A stretch of 64,000 bases of DNA, from the NCBI RefSeq assembly GCF_035084215.1, contig NW_027139453.1:4960001-5024000 (forward strand), given 5' to 3'. Shown here one piece after another: positions 36,626 to 49,699 of the stretch; position 1 is the stretch's first letter, and each line of letters starts with the position of its first letter. A program made the position numbers and the translations under genes. The notes under the pieces were generated by a model. The model searched no databases. It was not told the DNA's origin and worked only from the letters and a program-made list of their open reading frames with translations. Source of the stretch: Heptranchias perlo. Lineage: Eukaryota.

Positions 36626-36886
36626 CAGCTTCTATTGCAATTTACTTAATTACCTTTTAATTTATCCCATACGGTCAAACGTTGTGCAATTAGTGCAATT
36701 AGTGACCACAAATTATTTTACAACTTGTCCTTGCATGTGATAGTCACATTGACAAACTCGATAAAATGAGTCAATCAATAGCCTCAGGTTATAAACGTTT
36801 CAGCGATTACATAAACACCCAGTGTTTGCAGCACCGCAGCCTGTCGGAATGAAAGAGAACTCACTCTGCAGTCTCAGATCTTCGCA

Positions 36887-39613
36887 CTATTTAATGAATT
36901 GAACAATAACAGTAAAGGGATATTTCACCACATTCTTCAACTGCTCTCTGAATTTCGCCTGGGTCACGGCATAAATACAGGTGTTTGTGCAGCAACTCAG
37001 GAGCTGGAGCATAAATCCCAGCTCTTGTACAAGTGGAGGTGGAATTACAGACGTAGAGTCCAAATACAACAATCGTCGATTAATAGAATAAAACATGAAC
37101 ACCACCCATAACACGATAAAGTTTCCTGATATAACAAACAGTAAAATCATTGATTTCCTGCGACTCTCCATCTCTGGGTCTCTGGGACTCTCCCCACTGC
37201 TGTGGCCCCGGAGTCTCCTGCGGACTCTGCTGGCCACTAAAATGTGTCTGACTGTTAAAACATTGAGGAACAGAATCAGAATAAATGGGACACATGGATT
37301 CAGGACATAATGAAGGAGTTCGATTACAGCCCATACCGGTGATGATACAACACCTATCACTGGAAAACAAAACCAAGGGGTATTGGAAAGCTGATATGGA
37401 CCTTCGAACATAAAGTACCAGAAAATGTTCTTTAAACAGCTCAGCACACTCACTGTTCCCAGAACCACAGCCGCCGTTTTCTCGTTGCAATATTTAGTTT
37501 TCAGCTTCTGGCAACAAATGGCCACAAATCGATCAAAGGTGAATGTGACGGTGAACCAGACAGAACAGTCCGTGACTGCATAAAGCAGGACGGCGTGGAT
37601 ATTACACAAGGGAAGTTGGTATAGAAAAGTGAACAGTGAACGATAAAGAATGGGAATCTGCCTCAATATCAGATCGATGATAATGACCAGTAGATCCGCC
37701 GCTGCCATGGACACCAGGTAGCGAGTGACACATTTGGAGAGACCGCACTTTCCACGAGATAGGATCACAATTGTCAATAAATTAACTGTAAGGAAGGGAA
37801 ATAAAAATGAAAATTCTAGATCAAGCTGGCACCCTCTGTGAACAATAATAACATCTCTGGAACCACCTATAAATACTAGTACAGTCTCTGGATGTCCTGT
37901 AAATATTAGTAGAGTCTCTGGTTCTTCTGTAAATATTAATACAGTCTCCGGATACCCGGTAAATATTAGTACAGTCTCTGGATCAACTGTAAACATGAGC
38001 ACATTCTCTGGATCCCCTGAAAATATTTGTACAAATGAGAATCCCTACGTGGTCAGTTTTCGGTAAAATATTAAAATGCCTACGTGGCAAAGAAGCAGAA
38101 TGCAAAATGGTTAGAAAGGGTAAATTAGTTAGTAACTGAGATTGATACAAGTGGCCTGGCCCTCCTGCTGGGCCATATGTTTGCTTAGTCAGCAGGCTTG
38201 CATGGTCTTAGCAATGTAGAGTCTTTGATGTGAGTCAAGGACTGGTCTGAATGTCTCCATGTTTATGGCAGATCAATTTAGGTAACGAGCTTAGCCAAAG
38301 TTGAAAGACATTCCAGGTTGGGAGATAAGGAACAGAAGGGACAGGGAAGAACATTCCAAGTTAGAAGGTGAGGAAGTATTCCCTTTGATGTCTAACAGCA
38401 GCATGATCAGCACATGGACGATTTATGATTGGCCGGAAATAATGTAACCTCGCATGGCAACCTATGCCCGGCTTATGATTGGTTTTGACCCTCGTTAAGT
38501 ATGTTCCAACCCTATTGATTTATATAAAAACGTGTGGATTTCTGTATGTTTTTGTTCTTGCTCTGCCAGCATAGAGGGACTCTATCAGGAGTCCAAATCA
38601 ATGCTGCAGACTAAGAACCCTGCTATTAAAGATGTGTTGAACTTTAAAATGTATTCGACTTCAGTTATTACTGAACCAGACTGAGGGGAAAGAATCCGGA
38701 TCGTCACAGTCTCTGGACCCCTGTAAGTATAGTACAATCTCTGGATGCCCTCCAAGTATTAGTACAGTATCTGGATCTCCCGTAAATATTAGATGCCGCC
38801 GTGGATCCTCCTGTAAGTATTAATTTCCACCTCCGGATCAACTGTGAACATGAGTACCGTCACTGGATCCCCACTAAATATTAGTACAGTCTCTGGATCC
38901 CCCTGTACATCTTAGTACAGTCCCTGGATCCACCTTTAAATATTAGTACAGTCTCTTGATCGCCTTTAAATATTAGTGCTGTCTCTTCATCCCACTTTAA
39001 ATTTTACTATCGTCCCTGGAATCCCTGCAAATATTAGTAGCATCTCTGAACCCCCTGTAAATACTGACACACCCTAAGGGCCCAGTAAAAACAGGCTCAT
39101 GCGAGGGCTCCCTGAATAGACAAACTCACTCCCATGGACCCATTGCAAATTAACCCTCACACCTAGAAAACCCCCATAAATATATTTCCCAACTATGTTC
39201 CCCCTTTCGCTCTATTTTCCATCCCAAGTTAACATTTTAATTTTTACAGGGAATACAGAGGCTTCCCGGAAACTCGAACAGCAGAGAGTATGGCACAGGG
39301 AATGACAAGAACATTAATACAGTGGAACATGGTTTATAGAATTCATGGTTGGATATTGAGACTTACCAGGAACACCGACAGCAGCGAGGAGCGGATAGTA
39401 TATTAATTGTGTACTCCAAAGCACAAAATATGTCCTCCCCTCTAATGACATTGAACCATAATATACATACAGATATTGAAATATCCAGAATGGACTGTCC
39501 CAATCTATTGTTCTAAGATTCCGACCCATTGCTATAACATTCCAATCTATTGTTCTAAGATTCCGACCCATTGCTGTAACATTCCAATCTATTGTTCTAA
39601 GATTCCGACCCAT
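36887..39613 (-). CDS. Intact GPR139/GPR142-like orphan class A GPCR, 381 aa; exon 1 39367-39613, exon 2 36887-37785
   Basis: Exon 1 ends IYYPLLAAVGVP-G|gtaagt; exon 2 starts ttacag|TT (VNLLTIVILSRGKCGLSK); ADLLV (TM2), FTFDRFVAIC (TM3), DPEMESRRKS, CTNTCIY (TM7); 247+899 nt is in frame. Confidence 0.92.
37820..39070. repeat. ~30-bp intronic minisatellite interrupted by an LTR
   Basis: Unit ctggatcccctgtaaatattagtacagtct on both sides of 38036-38706. Confidence 0.85.
38036..38706 (+). mobile_element. Solo LTR (ERV-like)
   Basis: TGAGAATCC...GGATCGTCA termini (TG..CA, imperfect inverted repeat), two ATTGG boxes, TATATAAAA at 38521, ATTAAA at 38625; interrupts a minisatellite. Confidence 0.7.
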
Positions 39614-40079
39614 TGTTTAAAATTCCTTTCTTTTGTTCCCGGGTTCCGATCTATTCTCTCCCACTCTATAGATCCGCTGATCCCTGTTAGTGCCAGAGGT
39701 GATGCTGTCACTGACACTATTTGGATAACAAATTGAATGTGTTCGCTTATTTATAGCACACGAAAAAATTCCATTGTGACAATTAGGGCCCACGGAGACT
39801 GACATTAATTCCAGTCACTGAACAAACAGATTCGGTTAACAACATTAAATTCAACGAATATGACATCAAAACATATATTTAATCAAATATTACTTAGATG
39901 GAAAGCACAAAGCCCAGTTTATTATTTTAATAAATATTTGGAACAACAGAAACTGTAAGACCCGCAGTCTGACAGCATTGAAGCTGGATTATTGCTTCTG
40001 GCTGCTGGTAAAATTTTACGTGTTTCTTCATGCTTCCTGTATTTGGATAGAGTTGCTACAGTAAATAAAGAGCGGTTTG

Positions 40080-41400
40080 GCATGTCTTACATTGTTGGTG
40101 TCATTTACAACAGTGCGCTGAACAAGATTTCTGCCAGCCATGGGTGGCCTGTTCGAGCTCCCGATATGTGTAGAAGACGACAAGGAACAAGCAGAGAGGT
40201 CAGGAGGAGCAGATCAAGCTGCGAGGAGAGGGAGGAGGAGGTGGTGCAGGGCACTGAGCAGGAGGCGGTATCTCATGAAGGCCTTCAGGGAACAATACTC
40301 TTACCTCAACATAAGCGGTGGTCAGTGCATCCGATGGCTGCAGTTCACGAAAGAGTTCCCAACATAGATTTGTCAACTGCTGCAGCCACAACTGAGCCTC
40401 AGAGCAGGGCAAGGACAGCTTTGTCTGTGGCTGTCAAGGTAACCATGGCGCTGAACATTTACGGCTCTGGATCCTTTCAGGCCTCTGCTGGTGATGTGAG
40501 CAACATCTCACAGTTTGCAGTGCACTGCTGTATAAGGGAGGTCACTGAAGCACTGTACGAGCTGTGTAAAAGGTTCATCACATTCCCTCTTGACAGAGAG
40601 AAGCAGAATGAGCGAGAGCGAGGCTTTGCTCGCATTGCTTCCCCATGGTGCCATTGACTGCAAGCACATTGCCATGTGTGCTCCAAATATCAACTTGGCC
40701 ATCTTCATGAACAGAAAGTTCTTCCACTCCTTCAATATACACCTGGTGTGCGACCATATGCAACGCATCATACAGGTCAATGCCCGCTACCTTGTCAGCA
40801 GTATGACACCTTCATTATGCGTCAGTCCTGTCAGCATGGCAGGTCAACGGCTGCCTATTGGGCGACCAGATCTATCCCCTCATGAGTTGGCTCACGACTC
40901 CGGTCAGGAACACACGCACACACGCAGAGCAGGCCGACAGAGGGAGTCATGCAGCCACACAAAACGTCACAGAGCGCACTGTTGGTGTCCTCAAGATACG
41001 CTTCCGCTGCCTGGTCCATTCTGCTGGAACCCTGCAGCACTCCGCTTAGCGGGTGTCAAGATTCGTCGATGTATGCTGCACCACCTCGCCCTCATAACGC
41101 AACAGCCCTGGCCACTGTCTATCTGGCGTGATCCTGAGCTACAGGCAGAGGAAAAGGAGGGAGCGGAGGAAGAGTAGGGCGAGGAGGAACTGGAGGAGGA
41201 GGCAAGGAGGCAATAAGTTGTACAGATCCTGTCTGCAAGGGCTCTACGTGCTCACATTATTAATGAGTGATATCAGTAACCTCAACAACACCTGCCAAGT
41301 CACCAACACTCTTGCATTCCCCACCTGTCCTCTCCCACATCCCAATCGTCCTCCTCGTGATTAAACATTGCTTCCTCCCGCAGCACATTAATATATCCAA
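40080..41400 (+). mobile_element. Decayed PIF/Harbinger transposase (HARBI1-like)
   Basis: ALSVAVKVTMALNIYGSGSFQ..GAIDCKHI..NRKFFHSFNIHLVCD..LLGDQIYPL..TERTVGVLKIRFRCL; multiple frameshifts. Confidence 0.88.
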
Positions 41401-42269
41401 CATCAAACACTTCAAATACAAATTTATGAACTAACACATGAAATCATGTGAACACCATTACCCGATTTACCCTTGTGCATTATTTTAGTGCCTGCCACTC
41501 CTGTGCCTTTACCTATCATAGTGCTCCTACAAGTTGCATCCGCAGTGGCTGGAGCATGGGTGGTGGGAGGCTGCTGACCTTCAGTGGAGGAGAGTGCAGA
41601 TGGCCATAGAGGTCGACTTCGAGCACTTAATACACACAGACTGGGTATCTTTGTCAGCCACTCAAACACCACTTAAAACCAACTGGCTTTTAGAACAGTC
41701 ATTTCCCCCACAAAGACTAGTCTGTCTTTGTTCACCTCAATTAGGTGTGAGTTTTCTCCCATCAAACTCAATCTTGCCCCGATTGCTGTGTCCTGTTAAG
41801 AGGAACATGTGACTTCCCTGTATTTGACTGGTTGTCTCCGTTGATCGTTCAACAGGCAGCAAGTTCAATCTTATGTATATTTTCCCCGGGCTTTGAATAA
41901 TACCCAATTTCCATCCGTACAACAGGAAGTCAATTGTTAGGCAAGGACATGGCCTCGACTTGACTTTGGTTGGGTGGCTGTTCAACTCTCTCAGTATTCA
42001 TTGTTTCACTTTCCCTCATTCATGTCTAAACAGTAGGAGACGCCACTTGACAGTTGACCTCATTCACCTTAACCAGTCGTGTCAAATCATTGAACTCCTT
42101 CCTGTTCTTGGTGCTACACTACTGGCATTGACCTCGTTCATTACTTCCTCCCACTGCCACTTGAGCATATACCTGGAAGGCCTCATGCCCACCCATCACC
42201 GTCCCCTCACCCCCTACCCGCGCGGACGTAGGATTCCCCTCCTCCTCTCCACCTCTTCCAGCAGAGAAC

Positions 42270-42750
42270 CTGGTGCAAGCTCCCACAGACGCAGCCATTC
42301 ACAGTTTCAGCTGGGGCTCAGTGGGTCGACCTCTCGTGAGTCAGAATGTCGAGACCCAACCCAGAAACTTCAGCATAAAATCTCGGCTGACGCTCCAGTG
42401 CAGTACTGAGGGAGTACAGCATTGTTGGAGGAGCCGTCTTTCTGATGACACATGAAACCGTCGCTCGATCTGCCCTCTCAGGTGGACATTAAAGACAAAA
42501 TGGCACTATTTTGAAGTAGAGCACGGGAGTCCTCCCCGGTGTCCTGAGGCCAATATTTATCCCTCAACCAACATCACGAAAACACGGATTATCTGCTCAT
42601 TATGAAACTGCTGTTTATGGGAGCGTGCTGTGCGCAAATTGGCTGCCAGTTAACTTCATTTCAATAGTGACTGCACTTCATTGGCTCGAAAGCGCTTTGG
42701 TATGTCCTGAGATTGTGAAAAGCGCTATATAAATTCAAATCTTTTGTTTT
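42270..42750 (+). mobile_element. Deu-domain SINE (SacSINE1-like)
   Basis: gctgtgcgcaaattggctgcc core, L2-like tail gcgctatataaat.. Confidence 0.7.
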
Positions 42751-43237
42751 TATCCTTCAGTATTTTCCAGCACAGACTTACTTCCCAATGGGCTTCCACC
42801 ACTTCCTGCAGCCACATTGTTCCTCCCGTTTAAGAGGTGCAGGCTGCATTTAAGTGGAACGAGCTACACCCGGCATCTGGACAGCCTGCTGGTGCCTGCA
42901 GCTAATCAACAGCGGAGGTAGCACTGGCTGCACGCAGCAATCATTGAAATCATCAGACAGCAAGAATGTTTTGTGCTGCCTGCATTACAACCAAAGGGTG
43001 TGGTTTCATTCCTTACCGCGATGCCAGCGTCCAATTTTGGTGGTTCTCGAATAAAAGCACCTCTGTGTTTATAAATACCTCAGTGTATTTCACCCAGTGT
43101 CCAGAACTGTGAGGTGTCCCCTGATTTGACAGCTTTCTTTGTTTATAAACACCTCAGTGTATTTCACCCAGTGTCCAGAACTGTGAGGTGTCCCCTGATG
43201 TGACACCTTTCTGTTTTTAAAAACACTTCTGTCGTAA

Positions 43238-44310
43238 TTGCGGGGCCTGCGTGCAACAATTTTCTCAGGCTACGCATTGGAGGATTTAGTGGAGGAGAGT
43301 GACACACAGAGGGGCATCAAGTATCCGCAGGGGGAGGTTGTTGGTTGTGTGCAATGGGCCCACCAGACACATACTGAGATTGGATTCAATACCGGGAGCA
43401 TTGCACCACAGGCATGGATGCATTGCACGAAGAAGTTCAACCTTTTGACACGAGTGCTCAAGGTGAGTAAATTCAACTGTCAAGTGGTGTCTCCTACCAA
43501 ATGCACCATTAATCACAACCATGACAGCCACATCACACAAACATCTTGCAGGACTCTCAGTGGAGGAGACAGTGCTGGCCATCATTGGGCGGGTTGTCGC
43601 TGCGGCCATGGCCACTGGGGTTGCTGGCAACAACGACGAAGTGGGTCTCGACAATGCATACGTCATGCTCCTTCTCGCTTCCCACTTCTCCCTCATCCCA
43701 CAAGCTTTTCTGGCTCACGTGCTGCAAATGATGTGAGCACGCACATCTTTCTGTCTCCTCTCCCCGCACCACAACTCAACCCGTGTCCCGTTGTCATTGC
43801 AGATGCCCAAGAACCGGAACCTGCCCTGTGGGTGGAGGCAGACGAAGATGACAGTGATGATATAGACACACCGTCACTCGATCTTATATTCCCAGCCACC
43901 AATTCAGAGAGTCACACTGTGCGTAGTTTAGGGGAGGCATCGGCACATGGTGAGAGACCGGGCACAATTGCGCAGGAGCCGGGGCAGGGGGAACGGATAC
44001 CACAGGTGCCAGCTCACCGGAGAGCACTGGTTCTGCTGCCGAGGAGTCAGATAAGGACTTCAATGTGCCAGGCTACAGAGGGTGGCTGATGGGTGTACAA
44101 AACAAATTGCTTGGTGCACTGGAAAGTTTGCACACAATATCAAGTGGCATGGAGGAGTCCACCTGGAACTTGGCACAGGGATTTGCACAGAGCTTGGAGC
44201 CCATCCTTTCCTACACAGAACGGGTGGTCATATCCAACAGCACACCTGTGGAACCAAACATGATGCAGAGACTGTTGACCAATGTCACAGCTTCCATTGC
44301 AGCCATACTC
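43238..44310 (+). mobile_element. Decayed Harbinger Myb/SANT-like DNA-binding ORF
   Basis: RATIFSGYALEDLVEE...WMHCTKKFNLLTRVLK|gtgag, acidic downstream exon. Confidence 0.6.
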
Positions 44311-44750
44311 ACAGACACACACACAGACAGTGTCACAGACACACTCACAGACACACACACAACTACACACAGATTCGCGCTCACAGCCAGACACACAAAG
44401 AAACAGACTCACAGACACACTCACAGACACGCACACCGCCACATACACAGGGGCACTCGCAGACATACTAGCAGACACACTCACAGACACACTCACAGAC
44501 ACGCACACCGCCACATACACAGGGGCACTCGAAGACATACCAGCAGACACACTCACAGACACACTCACAGACACACACAACCACACTCACAAACACAATC
44601 AATGCCACACTCACAGACACACTCGGACAAACTCACACTCGCACTGACATTCTCACACATAGCCACACACAGCCACGCACAGACACAATCACAGACACAC
44701 CCACAGATAGACTCAGAGACACACTCAGACACACACACACACAGACGCAC
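44310..44750. repeat. CA-rich low-complexity repeat
   Basis: (acacactcacag)n-like. Confidence 0.9.
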
Positions 44751-47395
44751 TTATAGGAACATAAGAACATAGGAATGTAGGAACAGGAGTAGGCCTATTC
44801 AACCCCTCGAGCCAGTTCCGCCATTTCATTAGATCATGGCTGATCTGTGATCCAACTCCATATATCTGCCTATGGCCCGTATCCCTGAATACCTTCGGTT
44901 GACAAAAAGCTATCTATATCAGATTTAAATTTAGCAATTGAGCGAGCGCCGATTACCGTTTGCAGAAGAGAGTTCCAAACTACTACCACGCTTTATGTGC
45001 AGAAATGTTTTCTAATCTCACTCCAGAAAGGTCTGGCTCTAATTTTTACACTGTGCCCCCTACTCCTAAAATCCCCAACCAGCGGAAAAAGTTTCTCCCT
45101 ATCCACCCTATCTGTTCCCCTTAAGATCTTGTAAACTTCAATCAGATCAACCATTAACCTTCTAAACTCTAGACAATACAACACAAATTGGTGTAATCTC
45201 TGCTCGTAACTTAACCCTTGAAGTTCGGGTATCATTCTCGTAAACCTACACTGCACTCACTCCAAGGCCAATATGACCTTCCGAAGGTGCGGTGCCCAGA
45301 ATTGCTCACAGTACTCCAGGTGCGGTCGAAACAGGGTTTTGTACAGCTGCAGCATAACTTCTGCCCCCCTGTAATCTAGTCCTCGAGATATAAAGGCCAG
45401 CATTCCATTAGCCATATTGATTATTTTCTGCACCTATTCATGATACTTTAATGATCTATGTACCTCAACCCCTAAGTCCCTTTGGACATCCACTGTTTTT
45501 AACATTTTACCATTTAGAAAGTACCCTGTTCTGTCCTTTTTTGGAGCAAAGTGGATGAATTCACATTTGCCTACATTGAATTCCATTTGCCACAGTTTTG
45601 CCCATTCACCTAATCTATCAATATCCCGTTGTAATTTTATGTTTTCATCTACACTGCTTACAATGCCACCAATCTTTGAGTCATCGGCAAACTTCGATGT
45701 GAGACTTTCTATGCTTTCATCTAAGTCATTAATAAATATTGTGCATAATTGAGGCCCCAAGACAGATCCCTTGCGGGACTCCACGAGTCACATCCTGCCA
45801 ATGTGAGTACCTACCCATTATCCCCACTCTCTGTCGCCTTTCGCTCAGCCAACTTCCTCACCAAGTCTGTAGTTTTCCCTCGATTCCATGGGCTTCTATC
45901 TTAGCTAACAGTCTCTTATGTGAGACTTTATCAAATGCCTTCTGGAAGTCCATATAAATAACATCCATTGACATTCCCCTGTCCACTACATTCGTCACCT
46001 CTTCAAAAAATTCAATCAGGTTTGTCAGGCACGACCTACCTTTCACAAATCCATGCTGGCTCTCTCTGATTACTGGAAAATTCTCGCGGTGTTCAGTCAC
46101 CCTATCTTTAATTATAGACTCCAGCATTTTCCCAACAACAGATGTTATGCTAACTGGTCTATACTTCCCCGGTTTTGCTCTCTCTCCTCTCTTAAAAAGC
46201 GGAGTGACATGTGCAATTTTCCAATGTAGAGGGACAGTTACTGAATCTAGAGAACTTTGAAAGATTATAGTTAGGTCATCCGCAATGTGCTCACCTCCTT
46301 CCTTTAAAACCCTGGGATGGAAACCATCTGGTCCTGGGGATTTGTCACTCTTTAGTGCTATTATTTTCTTCATTACTTTTGCTTTACTTATGTTAATTTT
46401 ATCGAGTCCCTGTCCCAGATTCAATATAAGTTTTCTTGGGATTTCGGGCATGCTATCCTCTTTTTCGGCTGTAAATACTGACGCAAAGTAATTGTTCAAC
46501 ATGTCCGCCATTTCACCATTGTCAATGACAATATCCCCACTTTCAGTTTTTGAGGGGCCAACACTGCTCTTGACCACCCTCTTTTTCCAAATATAACTAT
46601 GAATGTTCTTCGTATTGGTTTTGATATCCCTTGCGAGTTTCTTTTCATACTCTCTTTTTCTAGCCCTTACTGTCTGTTTTGTGACCCTTTGTTGATCTTT
46701 GTATCTTTCCCGTTCGCCAGGATCTGTGCCATTTTTTGCCTTTATTATGCCTTCTGCTTATGTCTTATACTGTCCCTTCCCTCTTTAGTTATCCATGGCT
46801 TTTTTTTGGCAAGCAGAGTTCTTGCCCCTCGGGGGTATAAACCGATTCTGTATCACGTTAATGTTTCTTTAAACATTTCCCACTGCTCATCAGTCGGTTT
46901 ACCCAGTAACAGATTTGCCCACTTTACTGTGGACAGCCTCTGTCTCATCCCATTGAAGTCGGCCTTGCCCAAGTCTAGAATCACAGCAGCTGATTCACTT
47001 TTTTTCTCTTTCAAACATTACATTGAACTCGATCATGTTATGATCAGTACTGGATAGATGTTCACGCACAGTTTCGCCGTTTACTAAATCTGCTTCATTA
47101 CTCATTACTAAATCTAGTATGGCTTGCCCCCTTGTTCCCTCTCGCACATACTGCTGCAGAAAAGTATCCCGGACACACTCAAGAAATTCACTACCTTTCT
47201 GACAGTTGCTAGTCTGCTTTTCCCAATCTATGTGAAGGTTGAACTCCCCCATTAAGATCACTATGCCTTTCTTACATGCTTGTCTAATCTCTGCATTTAT
47301 ACAATCGAGCACTTCAGAGCTGCTGCCAGGGCTCCGATGTACAACTCCCACTATAGTCTTAGATCCTTTCCTATTTCTCAATTCTCTTTGCGCAC
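44750..47395 (-). mobile_element. CR1 ORF2 (EN C-terminal half + RT + 3'UTR), ~2.6 kb
   Basis: AILDLVMSNE..HLSSTDHNMIEF; KSPGPDGFHPRVLKE; YMDFQKAFDKV; SKFADDSKIGG. Confidence 0.93.
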
Positions 47396-47410
47396 TGATT
47401 GTAGTGCCCC

Positions 47411-47888
47411 AGATAAAGGATCTTCAGAGCACTGTACATGTTCTGCATGCCCACCGCATCAGACGTGTACACTGCTGATTGAAGAACACAGATAATGGTT
47501 CTTCAGAGCATTGTACATGTTCTGCACGCCCACCGCATCAGACGTGTACACTGTTAATTGAACAACACAGATAAAGGTTCTCTAGAGCACTGTACAGGTT
47601 CTGCTCGCTCTCCGCATCAGACGTGTACACTGCTGATTGAAGAGCACAGATAATGGTTCTTCAGAACACTGTACAGGTTCTGCACGCCCTCCGCATCAGA
47701 CGTGCACACTGCTGATTGAACAACACAGATAAAGGTTCTTCAGAGCACTGTACAGGTTCTGCACGCCCTCCGCATCAGACGTGTACACTGCTGATTGAAG
47801 AACACAGATAAATGTTCTTCAGAGCATTGTACATGTTCTGCACGCCCTCCGCATCAGACGTGCACACTGCTGATTGAACAACACAGCT
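47411..47888. repeat. 79-bp tandem repeat x6
   Basis: Unit starts at 47411, 47490, 47569, 47648, 47727, 47806. Confidence 0.95.
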
Positions 47889-48809
47889 TCAGCATCCTGT
47901 TTGTTCGGTTATGTGGTGTCTGGACATGGTCAGTGTTGAATCTGCTCTCGCAGACCCTTTCCCTGGTAACATTAATAGAAATCTCTTTTCTTTCCACTGT
48001 AAGGCAGAAGGACGTCCCAACGCGCCTTACAGCCAACTACGTGCTATTTTTTAAAAAAGTGTCGTCACTGTTGGGATGTGGGAAACGCGGCGGGAAATTT
48101 TTGCACAGCAGGATCCCACAAACAGCAACCCGATAATGACCAAATCATCTATTTCAGTGACGTTAGTTGAGGGAAATTTCAGATAATGTCCAATAAAACG
48201 AATAAAAAAATATTTACAAGGAAAGCTGCCTCGATATTGTCCCATGAAACAAAAATAGGGCAGGTACAGCACCGGTTAGATACAGAGTAAAGCTCCATTC
48301 AGAGTTTAGTGTGAATCAAAAGTACTATACATTGAGAACTTACAGAGACCAGCAGATGTATAAAATTTTACCAAGTAATTGTTCCTCACAACATTGCTGC
48401 AGTTATTATTCCAGACTACACAATAGGAGTAAAGGATTTTACCCTTGAAGAAGGTCTGGGACTTCAATCTATTGGAGAATGGCTGAGGTTTTCCCTGTGG
48501 GAAGAACAGTCAGGGGCAGAGGGACCTTCTGCGTGATGTAAAGCTTCTCTCTCTCTCAAGTTCTGGGCAGTGGATCATGGTGCAGTAACATTTGAGGAGC
48601 CTTTCAGTTTCACACGAGAAACAGCATCATTTTCTGGGACAAGCGCCAGTTGTATTGGGTGGAACCAGAAGCAGGTTCCTGAGGGAGTCCCCTGTTCCCA
48701 GTCATGTCAGATATTTAATCTGGTCTCTGAAGGGAACTTTGAAATGACTTTCATTCTTGTAGGAACAAGCTCGATAGTTCCATTTCGGACAATGGGCCTT
48801 CTGAGCATT

Positions 48810-49200
48810 TGTTTTATTCATTCCCGGGATGTGGGCATCGCTGGCAAGGCCGACATTTATTGCCCCTCTTTAGGTGCCCGCGCAGAAGCAGCTGGTTTGA
48901 CTTCTTCTTGAGACGTTGTAGATCGTGGTTTTGAAACAACGGAGTGGCTTGCTAGGCCGCTTCAGAAGGCTCGTTAAGGAATCAGCCAAGCCGGTGTGGG
49001 ACTGGAGACATTTTTAGGCCCAGACCGGGTAAACACGTCAGGTTAACTTTCCTGAAGTGACATCAGTGAACCAGTGGACTTTATATCACATGGTCACATT
49101 TACTGATTTCCTTCAACTGAATTCTAATTTTCAAACTGCTCTGGTAGGATTTGATTTCACGTTCTCTGGGTTACTCGTCCAGTAACAGAACCACTGAACT
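48810..49200 (-). mobile_element. SINE with RTE-X-like 3' tail
   Basis: Reverse tail gggatgtgggcatcgctggcaaggcc..tttattgccc and tRNA-like head near 49140-49200. Confidence 0.55.
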
Positions 49201-49699
49201 ACAGTATCCACTAGCAGAAGTCTGTTTGAAATAGCTCGGGAGCGAATCTTTTGGCTAGCTGTCACCTTATCTCCCTACCCCCAATCCCTGCTAGCATTTC
49301 TTCCTTTCGGGATCTTCAGTTCGACTTGTCAGTGGCAGGGGGTGACAGGGAGTGAGGGGAGGTTGAGAAGGCGAGGTGAGATGAGATAGAAAGAGAGGGG
49401 AGATGTGGGTGAGAGGGGGTAGAGAGGGAGGCGGTTATTTGGAGAGAAGGGATGGGAAGGAGGAGGAGAGGAGGGAAGGAGCGAGTCGAGGGAGAGCGCA
49501 CGTTAGAATGGAAGAGAGGGAGGAGGGAAGGAGAGAGAAGCAGAGGAGAGACAGCCAGCGGGATAGCGAGAGAAGGAGAGGAGGGAGGGAAACGAGTGGG
49601 AGGAAAGGGAGAGTGGAAAGGAGGAGGGGAAGGAGAGGGACATAGGAGGTGAGAGAGGAAGTGGTTGGAGAGGGCGTAACAGATACAGATTAATGGATA

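Noticed and set aside
37786-38002. N-terminal extension of the 371-aa GPCR ORF
   Set aside because: Read-through into intron minisatellite; the true N-terminus is the exon at 39367-39613
44282-44772. His/Thr-rich ORFs
   Set aside because: CA-rich simple repeat
47996-48032. Hairpin ctgtaaggc...gccttacag
   Set aside because: Short stem formed at the junction with a SINE fragment; probably chance
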